Source: Malacoraja senta (lineage: Eukaryota). From it: DNA of 64,000 nucleotides. A program made the position numbers and the translations under genes. Shown piece after piece: positions 26,019 to 37,202 of this stretch (position 1 is the first letter of the stretch; every line of letters begins with the position of its first letter). Below the pieces are notes generated by a model. It was given only the letters and a program-made list of their open reading frames with translations, was not told the DNA's origin and did not search any database. The stretch is from assembly GCA_038087875.1 (NCBI GenBank), contig CM075979.1, forward strand, positions 7,688,001 to 7,752,000. Direction: 5' to 3'.

Positions 26019-26463
26019 CTTCAAGGACCTAAGCAGTCTTTCCAAGTGTGGCAGAGGTTCACCTGCACCTCCTCCAACCTCATCTATTGCATCCGCTGCT
26101 CTGGATGTCAGCTGCTCTACATCCGTGAGACCAAGCGTAGGCTTAGCGATCGCTTTGCCCAACACCTCCGCTCGGTTCACATTAACCTACCTGATCTCCC
26201 GGTGGCTCAGCACTTCAACTCCCCCTCCCATTCCGAATCCGACCTTTCTGTCCTGGGCCTCCTCCATGGCCAGAGTGAGGACCACCGTAAATTGGAGGAG
26301 CAGCACCTCATATTTCGCTTGGGCAGTCTGCACCCCAACGGTATGAACATTGACTTCTCTAATTTCAGGTAGTCCCTGCTTTCTCCTCCCCTTCTCAGCT
26401 CTCCCTCAGCCCACTGTCTCCGCCTCTTCCTTTCTTCTTCCCGGCCCCCATCCTCTCATCAGT

Positions 26464-26491
26464 CTGAAGAAGGGTCTCGACCCGAAACGTT
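26464..26491 (+). ncRNA. Hammerhead-like core in the Penelope terminal repeat
   Basis: CTGAAGAAGGGTCTCGACCCGAAACGTT about 90 nt after the GIY-YIG stop codon. Confidence 0.5.
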
Positions 26492-26829
26492 GCCTATTTC
26501 CTTTGCTCCATAGATGCTGCCTCACCCGCTGAGTTTCTCCAGCATTTTTGTCTACCTTCAAATGTGTCTTTATCAGTTCTATCCAGTGCTGATACCTTTT
26601 GTGGCATTTGAACGCAAATGGTTCAAAGTGCATTTGTAAATTGGATTTATCCACTGTGATGAAGTTCTAAACTTAGGCTAGTGGCAAGTGCTGAAAACAT
26701 TTACTAGCAATTCTGCTTGAAGGAGATCAGTTCAGTTTAGTTTATTGTCATGTGTACTGGGGCACAGTGAAAAGATTTTGTTGCGTGCTATCCAGTTAGC
26801 AGAAAGACAATACATGATTACAATCGAGC

Positions 26830-27735
26830 CAAAGTTGGGTGGCAGTGTGAACTGTGAAGAGGATGCTATGAGAATGCAGGGTGATTTGGACAGGTTGAGT
26901 GAGTGGGCAGATGCAGTTTAATGCGGATAAATGTGAGGTTATCCACTTTGGTGGAAAAAAACAGGAAGGCAGACGATTATCTAAATGGAGTCGAGTTGTG
27001 CAAAGGGGAAGTACAACGGGATCTGGGGGATCCTTATTCATCAGTCAATGAAAGTAAGCATGCGGGTACAGCAGGCAGTGAAGAAAGCAAATGGCATGTT
27101 GGCCTTCATAACAAGAGGTGTTGAGTATAGGAGCAAAAAGGTCCTTCTGCAGTTGTACAGGACCCTAGTGAGACCACACCTGGAGTATTGTGTGCAGTTT
27201 TGGTCTCCCAATTTGAGGAAGGACATTCTTGCTATTGAGGGAATGCAGCGTCGGATCACCAGGTTAATTCCCGGGATGGTGGGACTGTCATATGTTGATA
27301 GAATGGAGCGGCTGGGCTTGTATACTCTGGAGTTTAGAAGGATGAGAGGAGATCTTATTGAAACATATAAGATTATTAAGGGTTTGAACACGCTATAGGC
27401 AGGAAACATGTTGCCGATGTTGGGGTAATCCAGAACCAAGGCCCACAGTTTAAGAATAAGGGGTAAGCCATTTAGAACAGAGATGAGGAAAAACTTTTTC
27501 ACACAGAGAGTTGTGAGTCTGGAATTCTCTGCCTCAGAGGGCGGTGGAGGCTGGTTGTCTGGATGCTTTCAAGAGAGAGCTAAACAGAGCTCTTAAAGAT
27601 AGCGGAGTCTAAGGGATATGGGGAGAAGGCAGGAACGGGGTACTGATTGTGGATGATCAGCCATGATCACATTGAATGGTGGTGCTGGCTCGAAGGGCCG
27701 AATGGCCTACTCCTGCACCTATTGTCTATTGTCCA
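26830..27735 (+). mobile_element. CR1 LINE 3' fragment
   Basis: KKANGMLAFI, RPHLEYCVQFWSP; (TATTGTC)n tail. Confidence 0.92.
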
Positions 27736-28158
27736 TTTAGATTTTCTTTTTGCTGTTATTGATGCAACATAAGCTTGTTAATCCTTTGATAATAACTTGC
27801 ATGTGGTTTGGACATGACCAGGTTCCAAATAGTAATATATGTGACTAATAACTGTGCTGAATTATACAGCTGTTCTACAGCATTACATTAAATGACAAGC
27901 AAGTAATATAACCCAGTTTCCCTGAGGCCTTCATGCTGCCTAAGTATGCCTTTCATCACAAAGCTTTGGAGTTTCAACTGTGGTGTGAGCTCAGCCATTT
28001 AGTGGTTAGATATCCTCTCTTCATACTGTTTGGCTGCCTTGTGCTGTAGTTAATCAAACTGCTTATCTTTTTGTTATTACCCATCCAAAAAAGCTGACAC
28101 CACACCTTCAATTTATGCATCATTCTCATGTCCTTGATCGCCAACTCTGATAGGCTTG

Positions 28159-28310
28159 TGTTACAAGGGAACAGGTTCAAGGATCTGACTAGTAGAACAG
28201 AAAAAGGTGCACTCGTCGGTTTAGTTGCAAATCAGTTTTATTGGCAAGAGAGGACAATAATAATACGTGCCTTGGTATGCACGGGGTCCAATTTTACAGC
28301 AGCACACGTC
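28159..28310 (-). repeat. Truncated 3' LTR (R/U5-like end only)
   Basis: 142 bp align without gaps to 29039-29180 with 14 mismatches; AATAAA at 28242-28237. Confidence 0.85.
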
Positions 28311-29006
28311 TCACCACACATGGTATAAATTAACTTGTTTATCGGAGGTCCCAAGCCTTAATGTCATCATCAATACCACCAGAGATAATCTGATTGCTTG
28401 TGTTATTAAACGTTGCTGCCAGTACTTGGTATGTATTTTGAAACGTATGGATTGCAGCCTTCTACAGAATGTCCCATAGCTTCACTGTTTCATCGTTGCT
28501 TCCAGTACAGACCAACTGTGGTCCCCGACGGGCACTCCGAGATCACTGTGTCCACACCGTCACACTGACCACTCCGAGCTCAGTGTCCACACCACTACAG
28601 TTTTGTCTGTTGATGCTGGAAAAAGCGTGCTGCCATCTGCGTTAAAATGCAATTCCATCACTGCTCCACTGTGGCCTTTCAATGTAGCATAATTATCGCA
28701 GTCGCCATATACATTCCGAAACAATACCAGTCGATGAAATCCTGCAGATGCCAGTGGTGATCCATTAAGGTGAAATTTACAACAATAAACCTCTCCCTCG
28801 TGACCCGCTAAAAGCATTAACCATATAACCATATAACCATAACAGCACGGAAACATTTAGAGGAGCTTGAAGACTCGAGGTTCTTGGTCCTGCCTGCAGC
28901 ACGGCCTGCTGCGGGCTCCCCTGCACTGAGGGCAGCAGCTTGTTGCGGGGGGTGCTTGGCCTGCACCAGCGCCATCTTGTTTGCTATTTCTTTTTACATT
29001 TTCTAT
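28311..29006 (-). pseudogene. SNRNP40: Processed pseudogene of U5 snRNP 40-kDa WD40 protein (N-terminal ~60%)
   Basis: Translates to VLQAGPRTSSLQAP, MLLAGHEGEVYCCKFH, NVYGDCDNYATLKGHSGAVMELH, ASTDKTV, ARRGPQLVCTGS, VKLWDI, TFQNTYQVLA, QIISGGIDDDIKAWDLR; no introns; stops and frameshifts. Confidence 0.93.
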
Positions 29007-29018
29007 TCTATTTGTCAG

Positions 29019-29036
29019 ATCCTGCCGACTATGCCA
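29019..29036 (-). promoter_or_regulatory. Primer-binding site complementary to the tRNA-Ser 3' end
   Basis: TGGCATAGTCGGCAGGAT, 2 nt after the LTR-terminal CA; 17/18 match to the complement of vertebrate tRNA-Ser (..ATCCTGCCGACTACG-CCA, recalled sequence). Confidence 0.85.
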
Positions 29037-29038
29037 AA

Positions 29039-29694
29039 TGTTACAAGGAAACAGGTTACAGGATCTGACTAGTAGAACAGAAAAAGGCTCACTCGTCTGT
29101 TTAGTTGCAAATCAGTTTTATTCTCAAGAGAGGATAAAAAGAATACTTGTCTTGGTATGCACGGGGTCCAGTTTTACAGCGAGCGCGTGCTCTCTCTCTC
29201 CCCCTCCCCCTCCCCCTCTCCATGTCTCTGTCTCTCTCGGCTCTGACTCAGCACGTCGGTGAACCCCTCTCATACATAAACTTGAACTAACATCTGGCTT
29301 ACTGGCGCCTACCTTTATACAAGTAAGAAATCAGGTGTTCAAATAGCTGCCGGGTAATCCTGGCCACTACCGCTGCTCCCAATTGTAAATTGTACCCAAT
29401 GGCAGGGGACTGCATCCGACCAAGGCCCCCAACTTTGGAAACAAAGTGCTATCATTTGCAGACTGGCGCATAAAGCAATACAGACTTGGGGTAAAGGCAA
29501 TACACACAGTGCTACAGACTTGGCTCATAAAGCAATACAGACTTGGGGTAAAGGTAATACACAGAGCACTGCCGGTTTGGCGCGCAATGGTTTAACCAGA
29601 CGTTGTCGGCTTCACCTTGTGGGAATTTAAACAAAGCGCTACTAGCCACAGCGCTGTGGGTCACAGACTGTTCAGGCAACATTCTCATATAGCA
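29039..29694 (-). repeat. 5' LTR (656 bp)
   Basis: Minus strand TGCTATA..TGTAACA; TATAAA at 29319-29314; AATAAA at 29122-29117; internal direct repeat near 29470/29526. Confidence 0.85.
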
Positions 29695-31290
29695 GCTTGT
29701 TATTTTCTTTTCCACTGTGCAGGTTTTCCTCTTGCCTGTATTGTCTAATTCTTCCACTTTTCTCCCAAACATTTCTGTGAGTATATTAAATAACCTTTTA
29801 CTTATTGGGCAGGTCCAATGGAGAAATGGTCAACCAGTAGCCCTCAATATTCTCACATGAGTCACCTGGAATTGGGGCAATTAGCCATTATGACATGCTT
29901 ACACAAAAATAATGTGGTAATGTGTATGTACGAGAGAGTGTGCATGAGTGTGAGCATGAGAGGGAGAGAGATTTCCAAGTTAGAGAATAAAACTGCATTA
30001 TACATCCTGCAGATGGCTCCAGAGTCGAGAGAGTTTGGTGTCTTGCATTAAAAAAAAAATCTTTCCAAAAAATAACTAGTCGCCTTTGCAATCTTGCACT
30101 ACTCGAATAATGGGAATAACTAACAACATTTGGAAACGTGGATTTATTTAATAGTTATTTAAAAACTGAACTATAAAAACTGGTGATTTGCACAAAGAAA
30201 ACAAGCAGAATAATGTGAAATGCTTGGGCGCAGAGTATTATTTATGCTCATTAAGTACAATGTTAATGTTAGAAACACAGACTTTGGAAACATGCTGCTG
30301 CAGATGTATTGGAAGAAGGTTAATGAATTGTTTTGGAGGTGAAAAAGTATGGTGTTAGTTCATTTGCTTTCTGTTCAAATATTAATATAAAAAAAAGATT
30401 TACATGATAATGTTTCAGTTGAGGTTATAAAATTTTCATGTTAAGGTTGATGTGTTAAATACTTTATGCACTAAGGGGGCTCAGGGACATAGGAAATACC
30501 AGGAATTGGCTATTTGACCCCTTGTGCTGCTTATCCATTCAGTGAGGTCTTGATCTTTTACCTCAGTACGGCTCTCGTGCACTGACCTCTTGTACCTTGA
30601 TTCCCTTAATCTCCAACCTTTATCTTGTATATACTCAGCATCAGAGCCTCCGCATCTCGCTCGGGTAGATATATTTGAAAACATTTTCACGCTAACTGAT
30701 GGAAGTTCTTGATCTCTGTCTCTTGGGGGAACTATGGTGAATCTCTTGATCCTCTTATAGCATCTATAATTGAAATGTATGAACATTATTCAGCCACATA
30801 TTTAAATTTTAAATTATTGTTCATCTATGTGCATATATTGCACATTCCCTGTTGAAGCATTTGAAAACTGCACTTGTCCACCACTGGATGGAGTGTAAGA
30901 GGCTGTAGACTACTTTATTCACATCAGAGGTTGTCAGTCTGTGGGGACGGAATAGCAGGTAAACTGCTATCGGATATTTTTAAGTAAATCATAACTGAAG
31001 GTAATTAATTATTTAGATGTCAAAGAGCTGAAACTGGATGCAAAAAATCAGAGACATTACATTGACATGAAAGTGTTTCACAGTAATGTTGTTCAATGAC
31101 ATAGGGTTACGTTTGTATGCCCTGAAATTTTAAACTGTGGGCCGGCCCATCTAAAACTAAATTTGTGAAGCAAGCCTTAATAAAAGAACCATAGATATTT
31201 GGAGTTCTCTTCCTCCAAAAGGCTTTGGTGGCCGGGATTATGATTTTTTCCAGACTGCAACGAACAACTTTGAAGATCAATAAACATTGA

Positions 31291-33245
31291 TATCTTTATA
31301 TGCGGATGATATATTATTGTATATTACAAAACCTCAAATCACTATACCAAATATATTAAATTTAATTGAAGACTTCGGATCTTTTTCTGGATATAGAATA
31401 AATTGGAATAAAAGTGAAATTATGTCAATAAAACCGAAAGATTCAACACATCTTTTAAAATTCCCTTTTAAAATAGCTACAGAAAAATTTAAATATTTGG
31501 GAATCGAAATTACCAGAACATATCAAGGTATGTTCAGGGCAAATTTTGACCCCCTACTTAATAAACTGAATACATTAATTAAATTCTGGAAAACGCTCTC
31601 GATGTCTTTAATAGGCCGAATAAACGCAATAAAAATGATCTTTTTACCACAAATTTTATACCTATTTCAATCAATTCCTATATACTTACATAAGAAGTTT
31701 TTTAAAAAACTCGACTCAGATATCACTAATTTTATATGGGACTATAAATCACATAGAATACAAAAAACCCATCTGAATAAACCTAAAGTATTGGGGGGTC
31801 TAGCACTACCTAATTTTATGTATTATTATTGGTCAGTAAATATTAAAAACATGATTCAACTGATGGATAACTCCGCCCAGCAAGTAGACTGGATTGTAAT
31901 GGAGAAAGAGGATTGCTCCTCTAGAAACATTGGAGCGATCCTCCTCTCTCCAATGAAACTGAATAACATAAACTATAATAAGAACCCAATTATTCATAGT
32001 ACAATCCGTATTTGGAAACAAATAAAACAAAATTTAAAATTAAGAAACTTATCACTTTTATTACCTATAGTCAATAACCCTTCGTTTAGTCCTTCTATTA
32101 TAGATAAAGCTTATACACAATGGGATAGACTAGGAATTAAAACGCTTGGTGACTTGTATGAAACTGGAAAATTACTTTCATTTCAACAATTACAAATAAA
32201 ATATAAACTCGGAAATAATCAATATTTTAAATACTTTCAAATATGCGACTATTTGAAAAAATATACAAAAGATCATTATAATAATCCAGTAGATGTATTG
32301 GACGAGGCATTGCAGATAAAAGCGGAATCAGCAAACTTAATATATTTGTATAATATTATTTTAAATGTACAAATACCACCTACGGAGGGTATCAGAAGAG
32401 ACTGGGAACAAGAGTTAGCTATTAAAATTTCAAAGGAAAGTTGGAATGAATACTTATTAAACGTGCATAAATGCTCGATTAATGTAAGACACACTTTAAT
32501 ACAATTTAAAATTTTACATAGATTATATTATTCGAAAACTAAAATTCATAAAATTTTCCCAAACGTATCATCTATTTGTGATAAATGTCAATCCCAAGAA
32601 GCAACTATAGCGCACTCATTTGTCTTCTGTACAAAAATTCAAAAATTTTGGAATGAGATTTTTGAAATCTTTACAAAGTTATTTAAAACAAGACTGATAC
32701 CCAAAGCAGAATGGATTATCTTCGGAATAACGGAAGATGATCCAGAACTAAATGTGTTTCAAAAGAAATTAATGGACTATGGGTTAATAACTGGAAAAAA
32801 GCTAATTCTAAAATTTTGGAAGAAGGCTCCAATACCAACTATAAATATGTGGATTTCAAATATGTTTGAAACATTACACCTAGAAGAGATAAGACTCCTC
32901 CTAGCAGGTAAACCAGATCACTTCCACCTGACGTGGTCTGCATTTATAGAATTATTACAAACATAGGGTGCAAAAGTACTTTAAAAAAATTAAAAATTGA
33001 GGTCAGGTAAGGGGGGATGATAGTTGAAGAGTTGGTATGTCCTATTTACGTGATGCTCAAAAAAACCCACTTGTTTCTCTTTTTTTCTCTTTCTCTTTTC
33101 TTTTCTTAGGGCCTATTTCTTAACTCTTTTTCTTTTTGTTTTTAATTTCGCTCTTATAGGGTCTTCGTCCTTTTTTGTTGTTACATTTTCTACACTTTTC
33201 TACACTTGCACTTTTTCCTTCACTTTAAAAATAAATAAATAAATA
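31291..33245 (+). mobile_element. L1-clade LINE, 5'-truncated, with an open ORF2 C-terminal portion (to 32966)
   Basis: SLYADD, SGYRINWNKS, FKYLGI, GGLALP, zinc knuckle CDKC..H..C; T-rich 3' UTR; (AAAT)n tail; 12-bp TSD AATAAACATTGA at 31279-31290 and 33246-33257. Confidence 0.93.
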
Positions 33246-33612
33246 AATAAACATTGAGAGGGAGGGATGAAAGACAGATAGATGGGGATGGGTATACATC
33301 AGCTGTGATCCAGTTGAATGTGGCACAGGCATGTGACACAGAACAGATTAAGTGTTGCAAAAACATCTCCAGTGACTAGAGAATGCCAATGTCCCACTGT
33401 TCTTTAATTTCCAACAGGATTAAAATTAGACGTGTCTTCCAGTGCTTGTTGTATAAGGATTCCTCTAGCTTCTGTGTTCTCCATTGATGACTTGGCCGGA
33501 AGATTAGCAGCCTTGATCAGCTGATTTTCTCAATGATGAATTGGCTCCCAGCTGTTCTCCACATCTGCCTGCCCCACAGCAGAACATTTGATCTTTGTAA
33601 ACTATTTTTCAG

Positions 33613-33635
33613 GATTGTGCGCATCAGCAACAGAG
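33613..33635 (+). CDS. Speculative 23-nt microexon ((G)LCASATE)
   Basis: tatttttcAG acceptor, GAG|GTGAGC donor, open in the phase left by exon 17302-17410. Confidence 0.2.
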
Positions 33636-34259
33636 GTGAGCACTAAAGGCAGTGTTTGTCCAGCGATCCGGTCCGTCAAACTGCAGGGATGATCAGGAAT
33701 GAAATTATATTAAGTTACTTATACAGTTGAATTGTAGGCATGATGAATGTGATGAAATAGTCTGCTAAAATGATAAGCCTCTGTCAGGTCACGTTGCCTC
33801 TCTGGAGTGGGTTGGGGAGTTGTAGAGGGCTGGGTCAATGCTGATACATATGCAGTGCTGTGCACAACGATAGATCAGTTCTGGAAGGGCAAAGGTAATG
33901 TGAACATGCTCTGCTCTTAAAGTGAGAGTAGAAAATCAAGGTTTATCGGGATATTTTTGAAATCGGGGAGGAACTGGTTATAAACAGTTACAGGGGCATC
34001 AGATTTGGCATATGGCAAATAAGGTTCGCTAGCTTTCAATTGAATGTTTTCTGGAAAATGTGGGGTGAAACTAAATTTTAAAAGCAAGTTATGAACAAGT
34101 TTTGTTCCATTGAATTTTGAAAGTGCAACTCACTTGTCATTAGACTGCCATGTTTAAAATATATTTACATTCTATTTATGTATTTTCATTAAATATCTTA
34201 ACTTGACAAGTTAAGCACAAGTATTTTGAGAAAAAGCAAAACTAAATGAACATCAGAAC

Positions 34260-36185
34260 AATGGACTGTCTTTAAGGAAGAGATGGTTCAGGTACAATTG
34301 ACGTATTTTCCCATGAAGAGCAAAGGAAAAACAAAAGAAGCCAGAACTGCTTGAATGATGAAAGAGGAAGATAAAGCAAAAATGGCTGCTTGCGGCAGAT
34401 GTTTTGTTGTAAATACCGGCGAGAACCAGCTTGATTACTGAAGAAATGGAGAGTGTGAAAACTAAAGCGAGAGGTAAAGAAAGCATAGAAGAAAAGATTA
34501 GCAGGCAACATAAATGGGAATTCAAGAGTGCTCTAGTAAAAGAATAAGAAATCAGTGGGATCTATTGACATGAAAAATGAGAACTTGCATGTGGATGCTA
34601 AGGGCAGTCATAATGCAATAAAAAGTACTTTTTTCTACCTTCAAGGAAGAGGGCACTTCCAAAGTAATAATAAAGGTGAAGAAAATTGAGACAATGGATC
34701 AGTTAACAATTGATGGTGTGGTGGTATTAGAAACATCGCCTGAACTTAAAATAGGTAGGTCGCCAGGAAAATATGGATACATCCTGTTTTCTGAGGGAAG
34801 GAAGGAAGAAAAGCCTGAAGGCACTGGCTGCAATCTTATAATGTGGGCTGGCTGCAAGGGCGGTGCCAGAGAAGTGGAGAATGGTGAATGGTTCAAAAAA
34901 GGCAGTAACAATAAAGCTAGCAACCACAGGCCAGTTAGTTTAACCTCTGTAGTGAGAAAGCATCAGAAACATTGATGCAGGACAAGATAACAGTCACCTG
35001 GAGGAAAATAGATTTATTAAGGCAAGGCAGTACAGATTTATGAAAGGCAATCCAGCTAGATCGAATTTATTAATGAGCTTTCAAATGGCGGCGATGAAAG
35101 TAATGCAGTTGAAGTAGTGTTTTGTTTAGATGCAGCATAACAGACTAATCAGCAAACTAGTCCCTTAAGATACTGTGGATGTGGATGCATAGATACTGTG
35201 GATGTGAAGTTTGCTTAGTAAGGAGCAATAGAGGGCCATGGTGAATTGTTATTTATCGGATTGCAGGAAGGTGAATAGTGGCTTTCAGCAGGTGCTGGTT
35301 TGGGGGCTATTTATGTTGGAGCTGTATTACTAACCAAGACTTTAGAGTGCAAGCTATAATTTCTATATTTACAGATGACTCAAAGCTTGGATGAATTGTC
35401 AGCAGAGTATAAACAGGTTGGAAGAATGGAAAGATGCAGGGAAATGTGGGATGATGCATTTTGTAAAGAATACTGAGAAAGGGTAATATTGATTAAAGGA
35501 TGATTTCTTGAAAGGGCTGCAGGAGCAGCGAGACCTGGGGGTTTGGGAGCACAAGTTATTGTAAATGGCAAGAACAGATGGAGGAAGTGGTTAATAAGGC
35601 TTATTCAATTTTGAGCTTACTTGAAAAAAAAATTGAAAACATAGCAGGGGAGTCATGCTAAAGCTTTTTTAAAATACTGGCCTGCCAGCAGTTGGTGTAT
35701 TGTTTTCAGTTCTGTATCCTTCATTATAGTAGGATGTGGAGGTATTGAAGGGAGCCCAAAGCCGATTAATGGGAATCTCCTACTGTGAGAGTCTACAATT
35801 TCAAAAATAGATGGAGATGCTGGGACTGTTTTCTTTGGAAAGGCTGGGGGCGAGATTGATAAAAGTGCATGAAATAATGCAGGATCTGGACAGAGTGTGA
35901 GGCTGTTCCCTTTGGTGGAGGGGGTTGGGATTAACGATCGTAGGTATAATCTAAAGGGGAAGAAAATTAAGAGTATTTTATGTAGCACTTGGTTGGAATC
36001 TGAAAAGCATTCTCTGCTGATGAGATTTCATTGCAGCCTTCCGCACGGAACTAATTAGCAATATGGTGAAGGTAAAAGAGAGGATATGGAGAAGGGACCA
36101 GGGGACCTGGTGAGTTAACCTGGTAGAGAGCAGGCATAACATTGATGGGTAGAATAGCCTCCTGAACTGTAACCTTTCCATGTTT
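34260..36185 (+). mobile_element. Old, heavily decayed CR1 ORF2
   Basis: [13 protein letters not shown] remnant; tttacagatgactcaaagcttgg (FADD-like); CR1-like 3' end near 36150. Confidence 0.7.
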
Positions 36186-36771
36186 CTAGAAGTAGCAGAA
36201 GCAGGAGGAGGCTTTAATCCCCCTGTGCCAGCACTGCAATTCAGTAAGATCATGGCTAATCATGTACCCCAGCACCACTCACAAGTAAACATGCTGTGAG
36301 CCTTGCTAATTACTTCCTGCATCTGCAAGTTAAGTTGATTATTCATGTGTAGAACATCCAGATTCCTCTGAACACCACCTTTGATTTATTAACATTTGAA
36401 AAATATTTTGCCTGTTTTTTTTTTTAGAAAGTAAATGAGCTCATTTTTTTCATATCATGTTCCATCTGCCATGTTTTACCCATTAACCTAGCCTTCTTCA
36501 TAACCCATGTTGCCTTGAATTTGATATTGTTGCCAAACTTGGATATATTCTACTTGATCCCATTTTCCAAATTATTGATTTGAAAATCTGAGTTTAGATT
36601 TAGAAAAGTACTGCACAGGAACAGGCCCTTTGGACCACAATGTCTGTGCCGAACAAGATGTCAAGTTAAACTCATCTCATCTGGCTGCACATGATCCATA
36701 TCCCTCGGTACACAAAAATGCTGGAGAAACTCAGCGGGTGCAGCAGCATCTATGGAGCGAAGGAAAAAGGC

Positions 36772-36799
36772 AACGTTTCGGGCTGAAACCCTTCTTCAG
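36772..36799 (-). ncRNA. Hammerhead-like core variant in a Penelope-derived tail
   Basis: Minus strand CTGAAGAAGGGTTTCAGCCCGAAACGTT. Confidence 0.4.
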
Positions 36800-37202
36800 A
36801 CTGATAGGGGGTGGGGAGAAGAAAGGAAAAAGAAAGGAGAAGAAATCTATATCCCTCCATTCCCTTTATATCCATGTGCCTATCTAAAAGCTCTTAAATA
36901 TTGTGTCTACCTCCACCGTTACCACCACCCCTGGCAGCATGTTCCAGGCACCAACCACACTGCAAAAAAGCATGCCCTTCACATTCCCTTTAAATTTTGC
37001 CCCTCTCCCTCAAATCCCCACAGTCCCTGAATGGAAACTCGATCAGTTCCCAACCACTGTGTGGCTGAACTTGTTTTCATGTTGAAAAACTTCTTCAACT
37101 ACACTTATTTTCTCCAGATCAAATATATATCTGTGGTAATTAGCATGGGTCCAAACTACACCTCTGTAATTATGGGAAATGTGGAACCATTTTTGTTTCA
37201 AT

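Larger units (their letters stand above)
25333..26558 (+). mobile_element. Penelope-like element (RT C-term, GIY-YIG endonuclease, terminal repeat)
   Basis: TDIHYKPTDSHGYL, SIPYSQFLRVRRIC, NLIYCIRC..LLYIRETKRRLSDRFAQH, VAQHFN. Confidence 0.92.
28159..29694 (-). mobile_element. Non-autonomous LTR retroelement insertion carrying a host-gene retrocopy
   Basis: TG..CA termini; GCTTG TSD at 28154-28158 and 29695-29699; direct repeats 28159-28300 and 29039-29180; PBS next to the 5' LTR. Confidence 0.9.
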
